DNA of 64,000 nucleotides from a virus (taxonomy: Duplodnaviria > Caudoviricetes). The stretch spans positions 1 through 64,000 of the IMG/VR virus record IMGVR_UViG_3300048024_000800. One strand, given 5' to 3'. Below are positions 19,074 through 29,900 of this stretch, one piece after another. Numbering within the stretch: the first letter of the stretch is position 1; each line of letters starts with the position of its first letter. A model generated the notes under the pieces. The model was not told the DNA's origin. It worked only from the letters and a program-made list of their open reading frames with translations, and did no database searches. The position numbers and the translations under genes are program-made.

Positions 19074-19987
19074 GTAATCCGTTTTTAAGGTTCGAAGATG
19101 GAAAAATTTCCTTAGGAGGTAAAGACTTATTGGTTTCATCTGCGAACCTTTCTATTTCTCCATCTTTTCAGGTAGAGAGGGTTTACGGGGATTATGATCC
19201 CGACCTGGTTGGAGCTAAGACAGAATTTATTAATTTCGCCCCAATGACCGGACTTAATGGAAAATTGGATATTTCGTTTTACATCTCCGCCGAATCTTTT
19301 AATCGAGAAGGAGGTATTAATTCTATCGAAAGACTGTTTGAAATAAAAGGCGGAATGTCTGAGGATCCTATACATTCAAATGTTGTTGGTAGATATTCTT
19401 TCGACAATATGTATTTAACTTCTTTTAGTTTTGAGCTTCAACCTTTTAAAATTGTTAAGGCTAGCGCTTCGTATATTATATATGGTTCAATCAGAAAGAA
19501 TCCTAGCCGAAGATTTGTTCAGTTGGGAGCTAATTTTGCTCATGGGTTAAAATCTTTCGGGCAAATAAAAATTGGAGGCGCTGCAGTTAACCCTTCTTCC
19601 TCTGAGAAGTTTGAAATTAATAGTTTGAATTATAAAATAATCGTGGATAGAAAGCTACATACTAAGATAAGAGAATCTGAAAATACGAGTATTAATACTT
19701 TTCCCGACGGGGTCTTGCCTTATAGAGTTTCAGTTGAAAGCATCGAGTCTGAAATGAATGTGCAATGTAATGATATTGTCTCAAGCTTGAATTCTTACGG
19801 AGATCAGCAGCTGGGGAGCTCTCCCGAAGGGCTGCAAGATTCTGAAATTTGCGCCTTTTTGTACTCTGCAAAAGGGGAGAGGGTCGCTAAATTTTCCTCA
19901 AGGGGTAAGATTCAGTCAGAGTCTATTTCTATAACTGAAGGATCAAACGCTTCTTGCAATATATATATTAAGGAAATTATAAAGTAA
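19070..19987 (+). CDS. Tail tube-like/distal tail protein
   Basis: Coupled ATGA overlap; beta-rich (YLTSFSFELQPF..V.ASASY). Confidence 0.5.
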   Translation: MSNPFLRFEDGKISLGGKDLLVSSANLSISPSFQVERVYGDYDPDLVGAKTEFINFAPMTGLNGKLDISFYISAESFNREGGINSIERLFEIKGGMSEDPIHSNVVGRYSFDNMYLTSFSFELQPFKIVKASASYIIYGSIRKNPSRRFVQLGANFAHGLKSFGQIKIGGAAVNPSSSEKFEINSLNYKIIVDRKLHTKIRESENTSINTFPDGVLPYRVSVESIESEMNVQCNDIVSSLNSYGDQQLGSSPEGLQDSEICAFLYSAKGERVAKFSSRGKIQSESISITEGSNASCNIYIKEIIK

Positions 19988-22900
19988 TGAGTAATAATCC
20001 TGAAGATGGAAATTATTTTCTAGCTAACATATCTAATTATAGCGGGGTTTTTGACCCTTCTCTTAGTTATAAAAAGTTTGATTTTGTTTATGATCAGAAT
20101 GACGGGCTTTATTATTACGCAAAAAAAGATATTTCTTTTGGTGGTAATGTTCAAGTTTCGGGTGATTATAGATTTGATTTAGTTCCAGATGGCCCCATAA
20201 TAGATAATAGAGAGTCGTATTACATTTATGATAAATGGAATCAATTAGGGTTGCTAAACCAAGGTTTTCGTGCTGGACAAGAAATAAGTATACAGGGTTC
20301 TATACAGGGTTCAAACGGGAACTTTGAGGTTTTAGAAGTCGAAGAGAGCGTGGACGCTTATTATAATTCAGAAGCTCAAAACACAATTATCTCTGCGTTA
20401 GATCTCACTGAACTTGCTGGAGGTTGGTACAGGTCTTCGTGGTTTTTTATTCCTAATAAGGGAGAAGTTTCTGAACTCGACAAGTCTCTTAACTATCTAA
20501 TAGAAGGTAGTAATTGGATTTATAATACACTACTCGGTTGGCTTTTTATTAATCTTGATAATTCTTACGGAAAAAACTTTTGGTTTTACATGCCACAATT
20601 TTCTAACTCTAGGAGTGAGGGTGACGGTGTTTGGTTATGGGCTGATATTCAAACTATCGGGTCTTCAATTGCAAACTCAAACTCTTTTATTTATCTAGGA
20701 CCTTCTAATCAAGTTAACGACTACTTGAGTTATGTGGTAAATTCTCCAGAGCTTAATGAATATTACTCTCTTGGTAAAAGTTGGGATTATCAGGATGGCC
20801 TGGGCTCTCTTCCGTCAGATAGAAAAAGTAAAGAGGAATTTGGACTAAGTCATTGGGTTTTTAACGGAGAAAAAGAAGGTTATTCTATGCCAACAAAACA
20901 GCTCATGGGTGCAGAAAGTTGGGTTTTTTGTTCCGAGTCTCACTCAGACTTATATTCTGTTTATTTTTATAATTACTCTGATAATACTTGGTTTGGCAAA
21001 TCAACGTCTTCTCTGGCTATCTCTCAAGTTTCGAGTTCTCAGGTTCAAATATCTCCAGAGTCTTCTGTTCCTTCGAGTTTTGTACCTAATAGGTTGACCG
21101 ATGGAGTATCTTCTAGGTTGATCGTTAGAGGTTCAAATGAGAATTCTAAGATTTCTACAATTGAGGAAGCTGGCGAAAATAATATTATTCTTACCTCTAT
21201 CAATAATTTGCCCAGTTCTAATCAAGATGCTTGGGCGTCCGACAGATTCTTTTTTGATGCAGATTATGGATCTACTGTAAATTTCAAAGCCAATGTGAGT
21301 AAAAATGAATTCGGCAATGGATATTATTCTGTTCAACCAAAAGGAATTAATTGTTTGGACTTTGAGGTTAATTTAGATTTTAGAAATAGGACTAATAGGG
21401 AGGCTAATGCAATCATTCATTTTTTAGAATCCCATCAAGGCCAACTAGAAAAAGATTCTTCCTCTTCTTTTTTGCAGTATAATCAGGGAATATCTGGATT
21501 CAATTGGGACGGCTCTTCCACCTTTCATCCATACGACTCCCTGGATAATCAGTCTAAAACTTTTTACTGTTCAGAGTTTTCTCATAGTTTAAATTTTGAG
21601 AATAGTAATGATGTCTCTGTTAAGTTGAGAAATTTTAATACTTCTATATTGAATAAGTCTGAATCATTGTTTATTAATAGAGCTGATGATTATAGCGAAA
21701 GCTCTTATTATTCTAAAAATGATGTGGTTTTTTATCCGGATAATCATCAGTATTATTATTTTCATAGCGGAAGCCAGCATCAGGAGGCTCTAGCTGGGCC
21801 TCCCGTTTTGATGCATGATGAGTGGACTAAACAAAGCGGGTATTGCTCAGAGATAAACAAAGAAGCGTGGACTAGGGAGTTTTTCTGGAAACCTTCTGTC
21901 GGGCTAACTGTGTCCCAGAACCCCAAGGTTTTAGAATTAAATTTGAACGATTCGTATTCGCAGATTTATGCAAACGGAATTAATGCTAATCTATTAAATT
22001 TAAATCTAAATTTTAATAATAGAGATGACGCAGAGTGTTATTCTATTCTTCATTTTTTGGAACAACATTACGGATCTGTACCTTTTATATTTTACCCTCC
22101 TGCTCCCTACGAAACAGAAAAGGCTTTTATATGTAGAGATTGGTCTCACGTTTATAATTTTAAAAATAATCATAGTATATCTGTTCTATTCGAGGAGTTT
22201 CCTTTAAAGCTATCGAGTGAGGATTTAATTAACCAAATATCTCCCGCAATAAAAACTAAAGGAGAAATAATTGCTCCTTCTTTTTTAGAGTTTTCTGAAG
22301 AGAATGAAGAGTTCTCTTGGGATTCCGTGTTAAAGAAAAGGTTTTATATAAAAAATGTTGGCGGAACTGATGTAGATATATCAAGCTTGCGCATTTCTTC
22401 AGAAAGATATTTTAGAATTTTAGGAAAAAGGTCCTTGGGCGAAACGTATTGCACTGAGGGGCTTGATAGAAAAAGTTTAGTTTTCGACGAGAGCTTTGTT
22501 ACAGCGCGATCTATATATTTAGATATTTTAGAGCAAGATGCTCCCGAGAGTTTTATTCAAATATATTCTGAAGATTTAAAATATTGGAGCGTTGGCGATT
22601 TTATTGGGGTGCTAATGAATGACGATTTATTTCTTTATTCCGCTCCTTCCGTTAAAAAAATAAAAATTTTATATAAAGATTTATTGGGTAGGGATGCAGA
22701 TTCGCAGGGCTTAGATTACTATATAAATGAGAGTGATAATTTAAGTATTGTTGAGTCAATAATGGATTCTAGTGAGTTTTGCGAAGCTTTTCTTTTGCCT
22801 AAAACTTCTGAGCGGCCAGGAACCGTGCTGCAAGTACCTTTGGATAAGCTATTAGATCTTAATCTTCAGGGTAGGACGATAAAACTTAAATCTTATGATG

Positions 22901-25389
22901 ATGGAGTTCAGGGGTTTGAGACTTTCGACGATGGCCCTTTCGCTAGATTTATTCAGTACCCGGATGGAAAAATAAAAGATGAGGGATCTGGCACATTTTA
23001 TGATTATTCGTATTTCATTAATAGCTCTATGTTTGAGCAATATGGAACTTCTGTCGTTCCTGCTTATTCTGAGGTATATATAGACATAGTATATCAAAAT
23101 AAATATGGCGAGATTCCGGCATTTTTTTTAGAAGATAATTTAGGGGAGAGAATAGAGTGGAATAATTATGATGGAAGCCCGGGAGGAGGGTTAAAGATTT
23201 CAAATGGAAGCGAGTGGCTCGACTCCGAACTTACAATTCAAACTGATTCTAAGGCAATAAAGTCAGAGCTTCGAGCTTGGGTGACGTCTTCAGATAAAGA
23301 GCGCAAAGAAGTTATTGAGGAGGAGAATGAAGCCTGGAAAAAAGCCGAATGCATAACTTTTCCTTTCAGCCTAAGATTTATGGATGCAGATAGCAGTCGT
23401 TTTATAAAATTTGGTAACCTCTGGCTTCAATCATTTAGTCATGGGGACCCAGTCCGACCTAGAACCGAAAACTCTGAGGGAACTTTATTTAAAGATGCGG
23501 TTAATTGTAGGGCTGATTGGCCTTTGTTTGACTCTTCTGACTCTGTTCATTATTTAGGTTTATGGGTTCCTTATGAATTTAAAACTTTTTCAATACAGAA
23601 TGGGGGGGTTTTATTACCAAGGCCTTTTTCTCCAACTTCTGTTCTAAGTTCTACCGGTGAGCTAAAAATTAACTCCTCTATTTCTTTGGACGTCGCTAAT
23701 TCTGATATTCATACATTGATAAGTATTGAGCCTATCGATTCATCTGAATTACCATTAGGGTATTCCAGCGGTTGGAGTCAAAAAGGAATTATGAAAATTC
23801 ATTCTTCAAAAGCTAACACTTTAGAAGATAATGTATCTTTGCCGGTTAGTTTTTCATACTCTTGTTTTTCTGAAGCTTCTTGCTTTATTGAGGATAATGC
23901 GGGATTGGGTAATATACAGTTTTCTATAGAACCTGTAGTTTATAAATATGGAATGTTGTATGACAGCGAGCTTGAAAGCTATTATGTAGAGAATAAAGAT
24001 GGAGATTCGCTAGGAAGAAACCTAGATCTTGATTCGGCTTACAGTCTGCTACTGAGGTCAAAAACATCTCTCGATGCTTATAAGAAGATGGTTGATTACT
24101 GGGGCAGGGTTTCATGCAGAATTTGGAGGCACTTGACTAGAACTGACGCTCAGGATGAATTGCTCAAGGAAGCTTATTCAAATCAGGGGCTTGAGCGACT
24201 TTGGGTTGTAGGAAACTTTATTCGACAATCTTCTCCGCTTCCATATTTAAAAAACTCTCCTGGGTTTAATTTTGATATAAATTTTATGTGCCCAGATATA
24301 GATCCTAGGTTTAAAGAAGGGCTTGAAGAAGCTATACTTTCTTGGCAGAATATTATTCAAGATGATTGTTCTATAAGTGTGGACATAGTTGAGACCTCTC
24401 ATGGCAGACTCCCTGGAGAATTTGGGTTTGATCCAAATTCTTCAACAATAGCTTATGTCGCATCGAGTGCGTCAAGTTTTATAGAAAAAGGCATGAGGGT
24501 CTGGGGAAAAGATTACCCTCTTCGCGCAAGCGCTGTTTTTGCGTATAACCCTGAGATTATGTCTTCTGATGAATCTCTTAATTTAAATAGCTTGGGATCA
24601 AGTTTTGCTAAAGAGGTATCATCTCATGAACTTGGGCACGTTTTTGGGTTGACTGTGTTTCATAAAGTGGGGTTTTTCATGCCTGCAAGCCAAGAGAAGC
24701 TTGATGAGATAATACCTAACCAAATCATAAGGCCTTTTGACGGAGATTTTGTTTTCTTTACTAATTCAAATGGAGATACTTTAAGCGAAGGTGAAAATCT
24801 GAAGACGATATGGGACAACCTACTTGGACCTTGGGAAACAGAGCCTGTGTTTATAGACCAGGCGCAATACGATTCTCTGTCCGACGAATCTTTTTTAAGT
24901 TCTGACAATAAAACATTATCTTTGGGCAAGGACGCCTTTAGTGAAAGAAATAACATAACCTCTTTCTGGGGAGATGAGAGTCGGCAACTCATGGCTCATT
25001 CTTATGAAAATGAAGATTTTGGATGGCAATATATCGCAGCTAAAGGGGTTGAAAAGTATCAAGAGTTAATTGCTCATAATGGATACGATGATCCAGATAA
25101 TTATTTTTATGAAAGCGTGCCTCTTAATCAAAGGAATAATACCAATTCTACAGAAATACTACCGGACCTGCACTTTTCTGAGTTTCCAAAAAAGCAAAAA
25201 AATGGCATTAAATGGCAACCAGCTTTTCCAGCCGCCCTTATGACCACTTTTATCGACTTAAATAAGGGTATGACTCAATCAAGATTTACTTTAGGATGTA
25301 TAGAGGATTTAGGTTATACTGTTGATTATACTTTTGCATGTTCTAATGATCACCCTAGCTTAAAAATAGATGCTGGAGAGAACGATTAA
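19987..25389 (+). CDS. Minor tail protein: two lambda gpM-like domains, accessory domains and a C-terminal zinc metallopeptidase (leishmanolysin/M8-like)
   Basis: gpM-like FFDADYG...FGNGY...GIN...AIIHFLESHQG and FFWKPS...GIN...ILHFLEQHYG.VPF; HELGHVFGL, LMT Met-turn, SRFTLGCIEDLGYTVDY. Confidence 0.8.
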   Translation: MSNNPEDGNYFLANISNYSGVFDPSLSYKKFDFVYDQNDGLYYYAKKDISFGGNVQVSGDYRFDLVPDGPIIDNRESYYIYDKWNQLGLLNQGFRAGQEISIQGSIQGSNGNFEVLEVEESVDAYYNSEAQNTIISALDLTELAGGWYRSSWFFIPNKGEVSELDKSLNYLIEGSNWIYNTLLGWLFINLDNSYGKNFWFYMPQFSNSRSEGDGVWLWADIQTIGSSIANSNSFIYLGPSNQVNDYLSYVVNSPELNEYYSLGKSWDYQDGLGSLPSDRKSKEEFGLSHWVFNGEKEGYSMPTKQLMGAESWVFCSESHSDLYSVYFYNYSDNTWFGKSTSSLAISQVSSSQVQISPESSVPSSFVPNRLTDGVSSRLIVRGSNENSKISTIEEAGENNIILTSINNLPSSNQDAWASDRFFFDADYGSTVNFKANVSKNEFGNGYYSVQPKGINCLDFEVNLDFRNRTNREANAIIHFLESHQGQLEKDSSSSFLQYNQGISGFNWDGSSTFHPYDSLDNQSKTFYCSEFSHSLNFENSNDVSVKLRNFNTSILNKSESLFINRADDYSESSYYSKNDVVFYPDNHQYYYFHSGSQHQEALAGPPVLMHDEWTKQSGYCSEINKEAWTREFFWKPSVGLTVSQNPKVLELNLNDSYSQIYANGINANLLNLNLNFNNRDDAECYSILHFLEQHYGSVPFIFYPPAPYETEKAFICRDWSHVYNFKNNHSISVLFEEFPLKLSSEDLINQISPAIKTKGEIIAPSFLEFSEENEEFSWDSVLKKRFYIKNVGGTDVDISSLRISSERYFRILGKRSLGETYCTEGLDRKSLVFDESFVTARSIYLDILEQDAPESFIQIYSEDLKYWSVGDFIGVLMNDDLFLYSAPSVKKIKILYKDLLGRDADSQGLDYYINESDNLSIVESIMDSSEFCEAFLLPKTSERPGTVLQVPLDKLLDLNLQGRTIKLKSYDDGVQGFETFDDGPFARFIQYPDGKIKDEGSGTFYDYSYFINSSMFEQYGTSVVPAYSEVYIDIVYQNKYGEIPAFFLEDNLGERIEWNNYDGSPGGGLKISNGSEWLDSELTIQTDSKAIKSELRAWVTSSDKERKEVIEEENEAWKKAECITFPFSLRFMDADSSRFIKFGNLWLQSFSHGDPVRPRTENSEGTLFKDAVNCRADWPLFDSSDSVHYLGLWVPYEFKTFSIQNGGVLLPRPFSPTSVLSSTGELKINSSISLDVANSDIHTLISIEPIDSSELPLGYSSGWSQKGIMKIHSSKANTLEDNVSLPVSFSYSCFSEASCFIEDNAGLGNIQFSIEPVVYKYGMLYDSELESYYVENKDGDSLGRNLDLDSAYSLLLRSKTSLDAYKKMVDYWGRVSCRIWRHLTRTDAQDELLKEAYSNQGLERLWVVGNFIRQSSPLPYLKNSPGFNFDINFMCPDIDPRFKEGLEEAILSWQNIIQDDCSISVDIVETSHGRLPGEFGFDPNSSTIAYVASSASSFIEKGMRVWGKDYPLRASAVFAYNPEIMSSDESLNLNSLGSSFAKEVSSHELGHVFGLTVFHKVGFFMPASQEKLDEIIPNQIIRPFDGDFVFFTNSNGDTLSEGENLKTIWDNLLGPWETEPVFIDQAQYDSLSDESFLSSDNKTLSLGKDAFSERNNITSFWGDESRQLMAHSYENEDFGWQYIAAKGVEKYQELIAHNGYDDPDNYFYESVPLNQRNNTNSTEILPDLHFSEFPKKQKNGIKWQPAFPAALMTTFIDLNKGMTQSRFTLGCIEDLGYTVDYTFACSNDHPSLKIDAGEND

Positions 25390-25395
25390 CATATT

Positions 25396-26595
25396 ATGAC
25401 ACAGGAATCAAGTTCAAACTTAAATAAGCAGTTAAATTCTTTAACTCCTGATACTCTTCTTGAGTTTTTTGAGATAGATTTTAGCAATCTCCAAGCAAAC
25501 TTTGATCAGTTTAAATTGGATTATGGAATAACTTTTGGCTCTGAACCTATTTATAGGTTTTGCCCCATGATAAATGGAACAAACCCTATTATCTGGCAGG
25601 GAATTTCCTTTCAGCCTTTGCCTATAAAAATAGAAGGTTTTGAGCATAAGTCTGAAGGAGGTTTGCCTAGACCAATATTAACCCTTGCAAATCCTGATGG
25701 AATATTCTCTAGAATAGTTTATTCTAATCAAGATTTTACTAATTGTAAGGTAACCAGAAAGCGAACTTTTGCTAAATTTCTTGACTTGGATAATTTCCAA
25801 AACAGGAATCAGGAGGGTGGCACCAATAGCCTCTTTGCTCTCGAAGATAAAGAAGCTCATTTTGATGATGATATATATTATGTAAATAGGAAGGTTTCCG
25901 AGAGTAAAAAAAGCATATCTTTTGAGTTAATTTCTCCACTGGAAATGGAGAATGCCAAGATTCCTGCAAGAAAAATAATTTCTAATTTTTGTCCATGGAC
26001 TTATAGGTGTTCTGTGGGTTGCAAATACAATGGTTTGCCTATAGAGAGTATTGAGGGAGTTGACCTTACTGAGAATTTTTTAAGCAAAAAGAACCAGGGG
26101 TTGTTCTCTAATTCTTCTTCAATTAATGCATCATTACTTGATAAAGATTTAGGTAAAGTCAGGGTAGATCGATATCCAGAAATGCTTAAGTCTGTGCCTG
26201 AGTGGAGCCCTTTTGGTCATCAATTTTCTGAAGAATCTAAAAAGTTTTTAGAAGGTTCTGAAGTGGAAATATTCAGTTACAAGTTGGGAGATTTGGTAAA
26301 AATAGTTAATTCTTCGTCTTCCAATCCTTACGTTCAGGTGCCGCAAGTTTTTGTGTGCACGAGAACTCATGCATCTCCGGCTGAATTTCATCCCTATTTA
26401 AGCAAGGATTATTGGGCTAAGGATGAATGCTCTAAGACTATAAGCGCATGTAAAAAAAGATTCCCTCCTCGAGGCTCCGTAGAAGAAAAAAAATACGCAA
26501 CTAGAGGTAATATTTTTGTAAGAAAAGAGGGCACCATTCCTCAAGACCTTAGGTTTGGGGGTTTTCCTGGAACTGAGGAATATCCTTTTGAATAA
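25396..26595 (+). CDS. Minor tail protein L (lambda gpL-like, Fe-S cysteines)
   Basis: WQG..F.PLPI..EGFE...G.LPRP.L..AN, KVTRKRTFAKFLD..NF, CPWTYR...C.Y, D.CSK....CKKRF, FGGFPG. Confidence 0.92.
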   Translation: MTQESSSNLNKQLNSLTPDTLLEFFEIDFSNLQANFDQFKLDYGITFGSEPIYRFCPMINGTNPIIWQGISFQPLPIKIEGFEHKSEGGLPRPILTLANPDGIFSRIVYSNQDFTNCKVTRKRTFAKFLDLDNFQNRNQEGGTNSLFALEDKEAHFDDDIYYVNRKVSESKKSISFELISPLEMENAKIPARKIISNFCPWTYRCSVGCKYNGLPIESIEGVDLTENFLSKKNQGLFSNSSSINASLLDKDLGKVRVDRYPEMLKSVPEWSPFGHQFSEESKKFLEGSEVEIFSYKLGDLVKIVNSSSSNPYVQVPQVFVCTRTHASPAEFHPYLSKDYWAKDECSKTISACKKRFPPRGSVEEKKYATRGNIFVRKEGTIPQDLRFGGFPGTEEYPFE

Positions 26596-26917
26596 TCCCT
26601 TCCAAGAATTATTGCTATGTAAGATTAAAAAATATGCGAGAGAAAACAGTGGGGAGGAGTCCTGCGGCGTTATAGTTCGGGATCTTGCGGGTTTTAAGTT
26701 CTTTCCTTGCGAGAATTTAAGCCTAAGAAAAGATTCTCATTTTTTTATAGACCCTTATATTATAGTTGAAAATGATGTAGCGTGCATTTATCATTCTCAT
26801 GTGAGTCAATCTTCTGAACCTTCTGCTCTTGATAAAAAAACTTCCAATGAATTATGTATTCCTTATTTAATATATAGTTTAAAAGATGATGACTTTTATT
26901 TTTATAATTGTGTATAG
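26555..26917 (+). CDS. Tail assembly protein K-like, JAB/Mov34 domain only (exact start uncertain, possibly ~26588)
   Basis: ESCGVI...YHSH...PSALD JAMM motif; lies between L and I/J; no NlpC/P60 domain. Confidence 0.88.
   Translation: MGVFLELRNILLNNPFQELLLCKIKKYARENSGEESCGVIVRDLAGFKFFPCENLSLRKDSHFFIDPYIIVENDVACIYHSHVSQSSEPSALDKKTSNELCIPYLIYSLKDDDFYFYNCV
26910..26914 (+). promoter_or_regulatory. Putative late promoter motif GTGTA
   Basis: aattGTGTAtag followed by TAAGGTAATAAG leader and GTG 26936. Confidence 0.55.
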
Positions 26918-26935
26918 TAAGTATAAGGTAATAAG

Positions 26936-29900
26936 GTGAAAAAGGTATATTTACATGGTAAGATGGGGGAGAAATTTGGCTCGGAGTGGCATTTTAATGT
27001 TAAGACGGTTCCTGAGGCTTTAAGGGCTATAGACTGCAATTGCGAGGGTTTCCTTGATTATTTCCAGCAAAAAATAAATGAGGGGGATAAATATTTTATT
27101 TTTAAAAAAGATTATAGAAATATAAAGAGCAAGGAAGACTTCGAGGGTAGTCTTGTACTTAATCAGGATGAGGCCTTGTCGGAAATAGAGTCGGAAGAGA
27201 TTCATTTAGTTCCGTCTGTTCAGGGAAGTATTCCGGGTTTTTTCGCTGCTGCCTCGGCTTGGGCTGCTAATTTTTTCACTGTAACTACTCTTATTAATAT
27301 TGTAGTTATGACCGCCATAAGTTATGGCATCGCTATGCTTACAAAGCCCCCTGACGAGGAGGAGGTCGATGTTAAAACTATAACCTCTAAGTCTTATGTT
27401 ATGAATGGGGCTTCTAACAGGGCTGCCCAAGGAATTCCTGTTCCGATTGGTTATGGAAGATTGATGGTCGGTTCTGTTAATATAGGGCTTGAGCGAGCGA
27501 TTAAAAAATCTTCTTTTTTGCGATCCGAAAGTGATCAAGTTTTACAATCTTTTTCTACTACTAGGTTTTTGGAATTAATCTGCGAAGGCCCTATAGAGGG
27601 GTTTGTCGATCAAAAGGGAGTTAAGTTAGCTCAAGAAGATTGGGAAAAAGCTGTTTTTTTAAATGAGGTTCCTGTGAGAAATGAAGATGGAACATATAAT
27701 TATATATTATCTGAAGAAAAGAATCAATCTGTAGTAGTGGATCAAATCTCAGACGTAACCACAAGTATATCTATATCTACCGGAGATGAAGATGACTTTT
27801 CTCAATCCACTTATTTTTCTGATGGGATAAATTATATCAGGGAATATAATAAGGTTATGTATGGGCCATCTCCTTATACAATAAAGAATCAGGCTTTTCT
27901 CGTTGAAGATGAGGATTCAGGCCTCCAGGAAATAGAAAAAGCTAAAAAATACGGAGCTAAGATATTTTCTCATTTTGTTTCTAACGTTAGTGTTGGGCAG
28001 TGTATTTTTTCTCTTGCCGCAAGATTATCAAAGAGCGATACACAGGGGAACACTTTCCCTGAAACTTGCAGGTTTGCTATTCTAGTTCAGAGATTTGATG
28101 GAGAATTTAATATCCTAGATAAACAATCTGGGTGTCGCGTCAAAATCTCAGATGACTTTAGGGTGAATCACGGAGAAATTGGTATTTACGAAGATGAGAG
28201 CGCGAGAGGAAGAGATGGAAGAAGTATCGAAAAGTGGGAGTTTGGATTTAGGTTTTACTGGGAGAAGCTTAAAGATGAGGAAATGCAAGGCGAGAATCTT
28301 GTGATGTTTCCGATATTTAGGCCTAAAAATATTGACGAGGCTGTCGAGTCTTTTCGCACAGACGCTCATTTTACAGAAAAAGCCAAAAGCTTTGAAGATT
28401 TTGTAGATAGGAACGAAGAAGCTTATTCTTCGTATAAAGAAAAAATAAAAAGTTCGGGTATTTTTTGCGTAAACGGGATCGCTACGGAAAGTTTTGAGTT
28501 TCAAATAAGTTGCGATTTTGATTTTAATTTTGGAACTTCAGAGATTAATGAGGGTATAACGTTTAAAATTATTAAATTAAGCCCTGAATACGATCCGTCT
28601 ATCTCTGGAGAGCAAGATATAGCCGGAATGAGAAAGGTTCGTTCAATGTCTTTCGTAAGCGTTCAGGAGAAGGTCGACTGTTCCTTAAGGTATCCTCATA
28701 GTGCAATTTGCTCTGTGGAATTTGACAGTAGGAATTTTGAGAATACTCCTAGTAGAGCTTACCATTTAAAGCTTAAAAAAGTTCTTATTCCTTCTAATTA
28801 TGATCCAATATTAAGGAAGTATATAGACGATAAAGGAAATAAAACTCCATGGGACGGATTGTTTAAGGGGCAACAGACTTCTGTCGAATCCCTCAATTCA
28901 ATTAGCGATTTTCACAAATACTGGACAGATAATCCGGCTTTTATTTTGTTTGATTTGATACAAAATCCAAGGTTTGGTGTTTCTAGGTATGGCCTTGAAG
29001 AAGGTTCTATAGATAAGTGGCAAATTTATAAAATAGCAAAATACTGTGATGAGTTAGTTAATACTGATTATATTGTGGAGACAAAAACTCAGATCCTTAG
29101 ATCTTTTTTTACAAGTGGAGTTGTTAAGTTTGATAAATACTCTGACATTCTGGATGGAAATTATGGTTATATGGAAATTTCTGTAGATGATAATTTTTTC
29201 TATAATTCTGGCGATAATAGAGTGCTCTTGCAGTCGAAAAAAGTAGGTAGAAGTGATTATTCTCCTCTTGGGCTAAATAGGGATGACCCTTGTACTTCTG
29301 TAAGTCTTGAAATGATTTTTGATGAAATTTTGGGTAGGGAGCCTACTAGCGAGGAAGTTTCTATTTATGAAGATTTTTCTATTGGTCGTGTTTGCGATTC
29401 TTTAGTTTTTAAATTGAACGAGCAGAACCCTCAGTCAGTATTTCTAGACAGCGATTTCAAAAAAGAGTTCGGGAGCGGGTCTCAGTTTGCTGGTAAAAAA
29501 ATAGCATTCTTCTCTTCAGATCATAACTTAAGTAGTTTTTCTCCAGATGTAAAGCTTAAGATACAGAAGGATTCATGCCTTAAGAATGGAAGATTTGGTA
29601 TAGAAGAAAGAATACTTTTAGACGCTGACCCTGTTTCTAGAAAAATATATGTCTCCGGACCAAGTTTTAAAGGAGACTTTAAACCTGTTTTAAATCCTTG
29701 GGGAGACGAATTGTATTTAGGGGGCTGCGCTTGCCAGGTGAATCACCCACTTGTTGAGCCTAGGTTTTCTTCTAATTTTTATATAACTGATCAAACTGAT
29801 GCGTTGTCCGCCTTAAATCACGTTTGCTCTATTTTTAGGGGCATCCCAAGCTATTATTCAGGGAAAATAAGCTCCAACCATGACTTTCCAAAAAAAGCAA

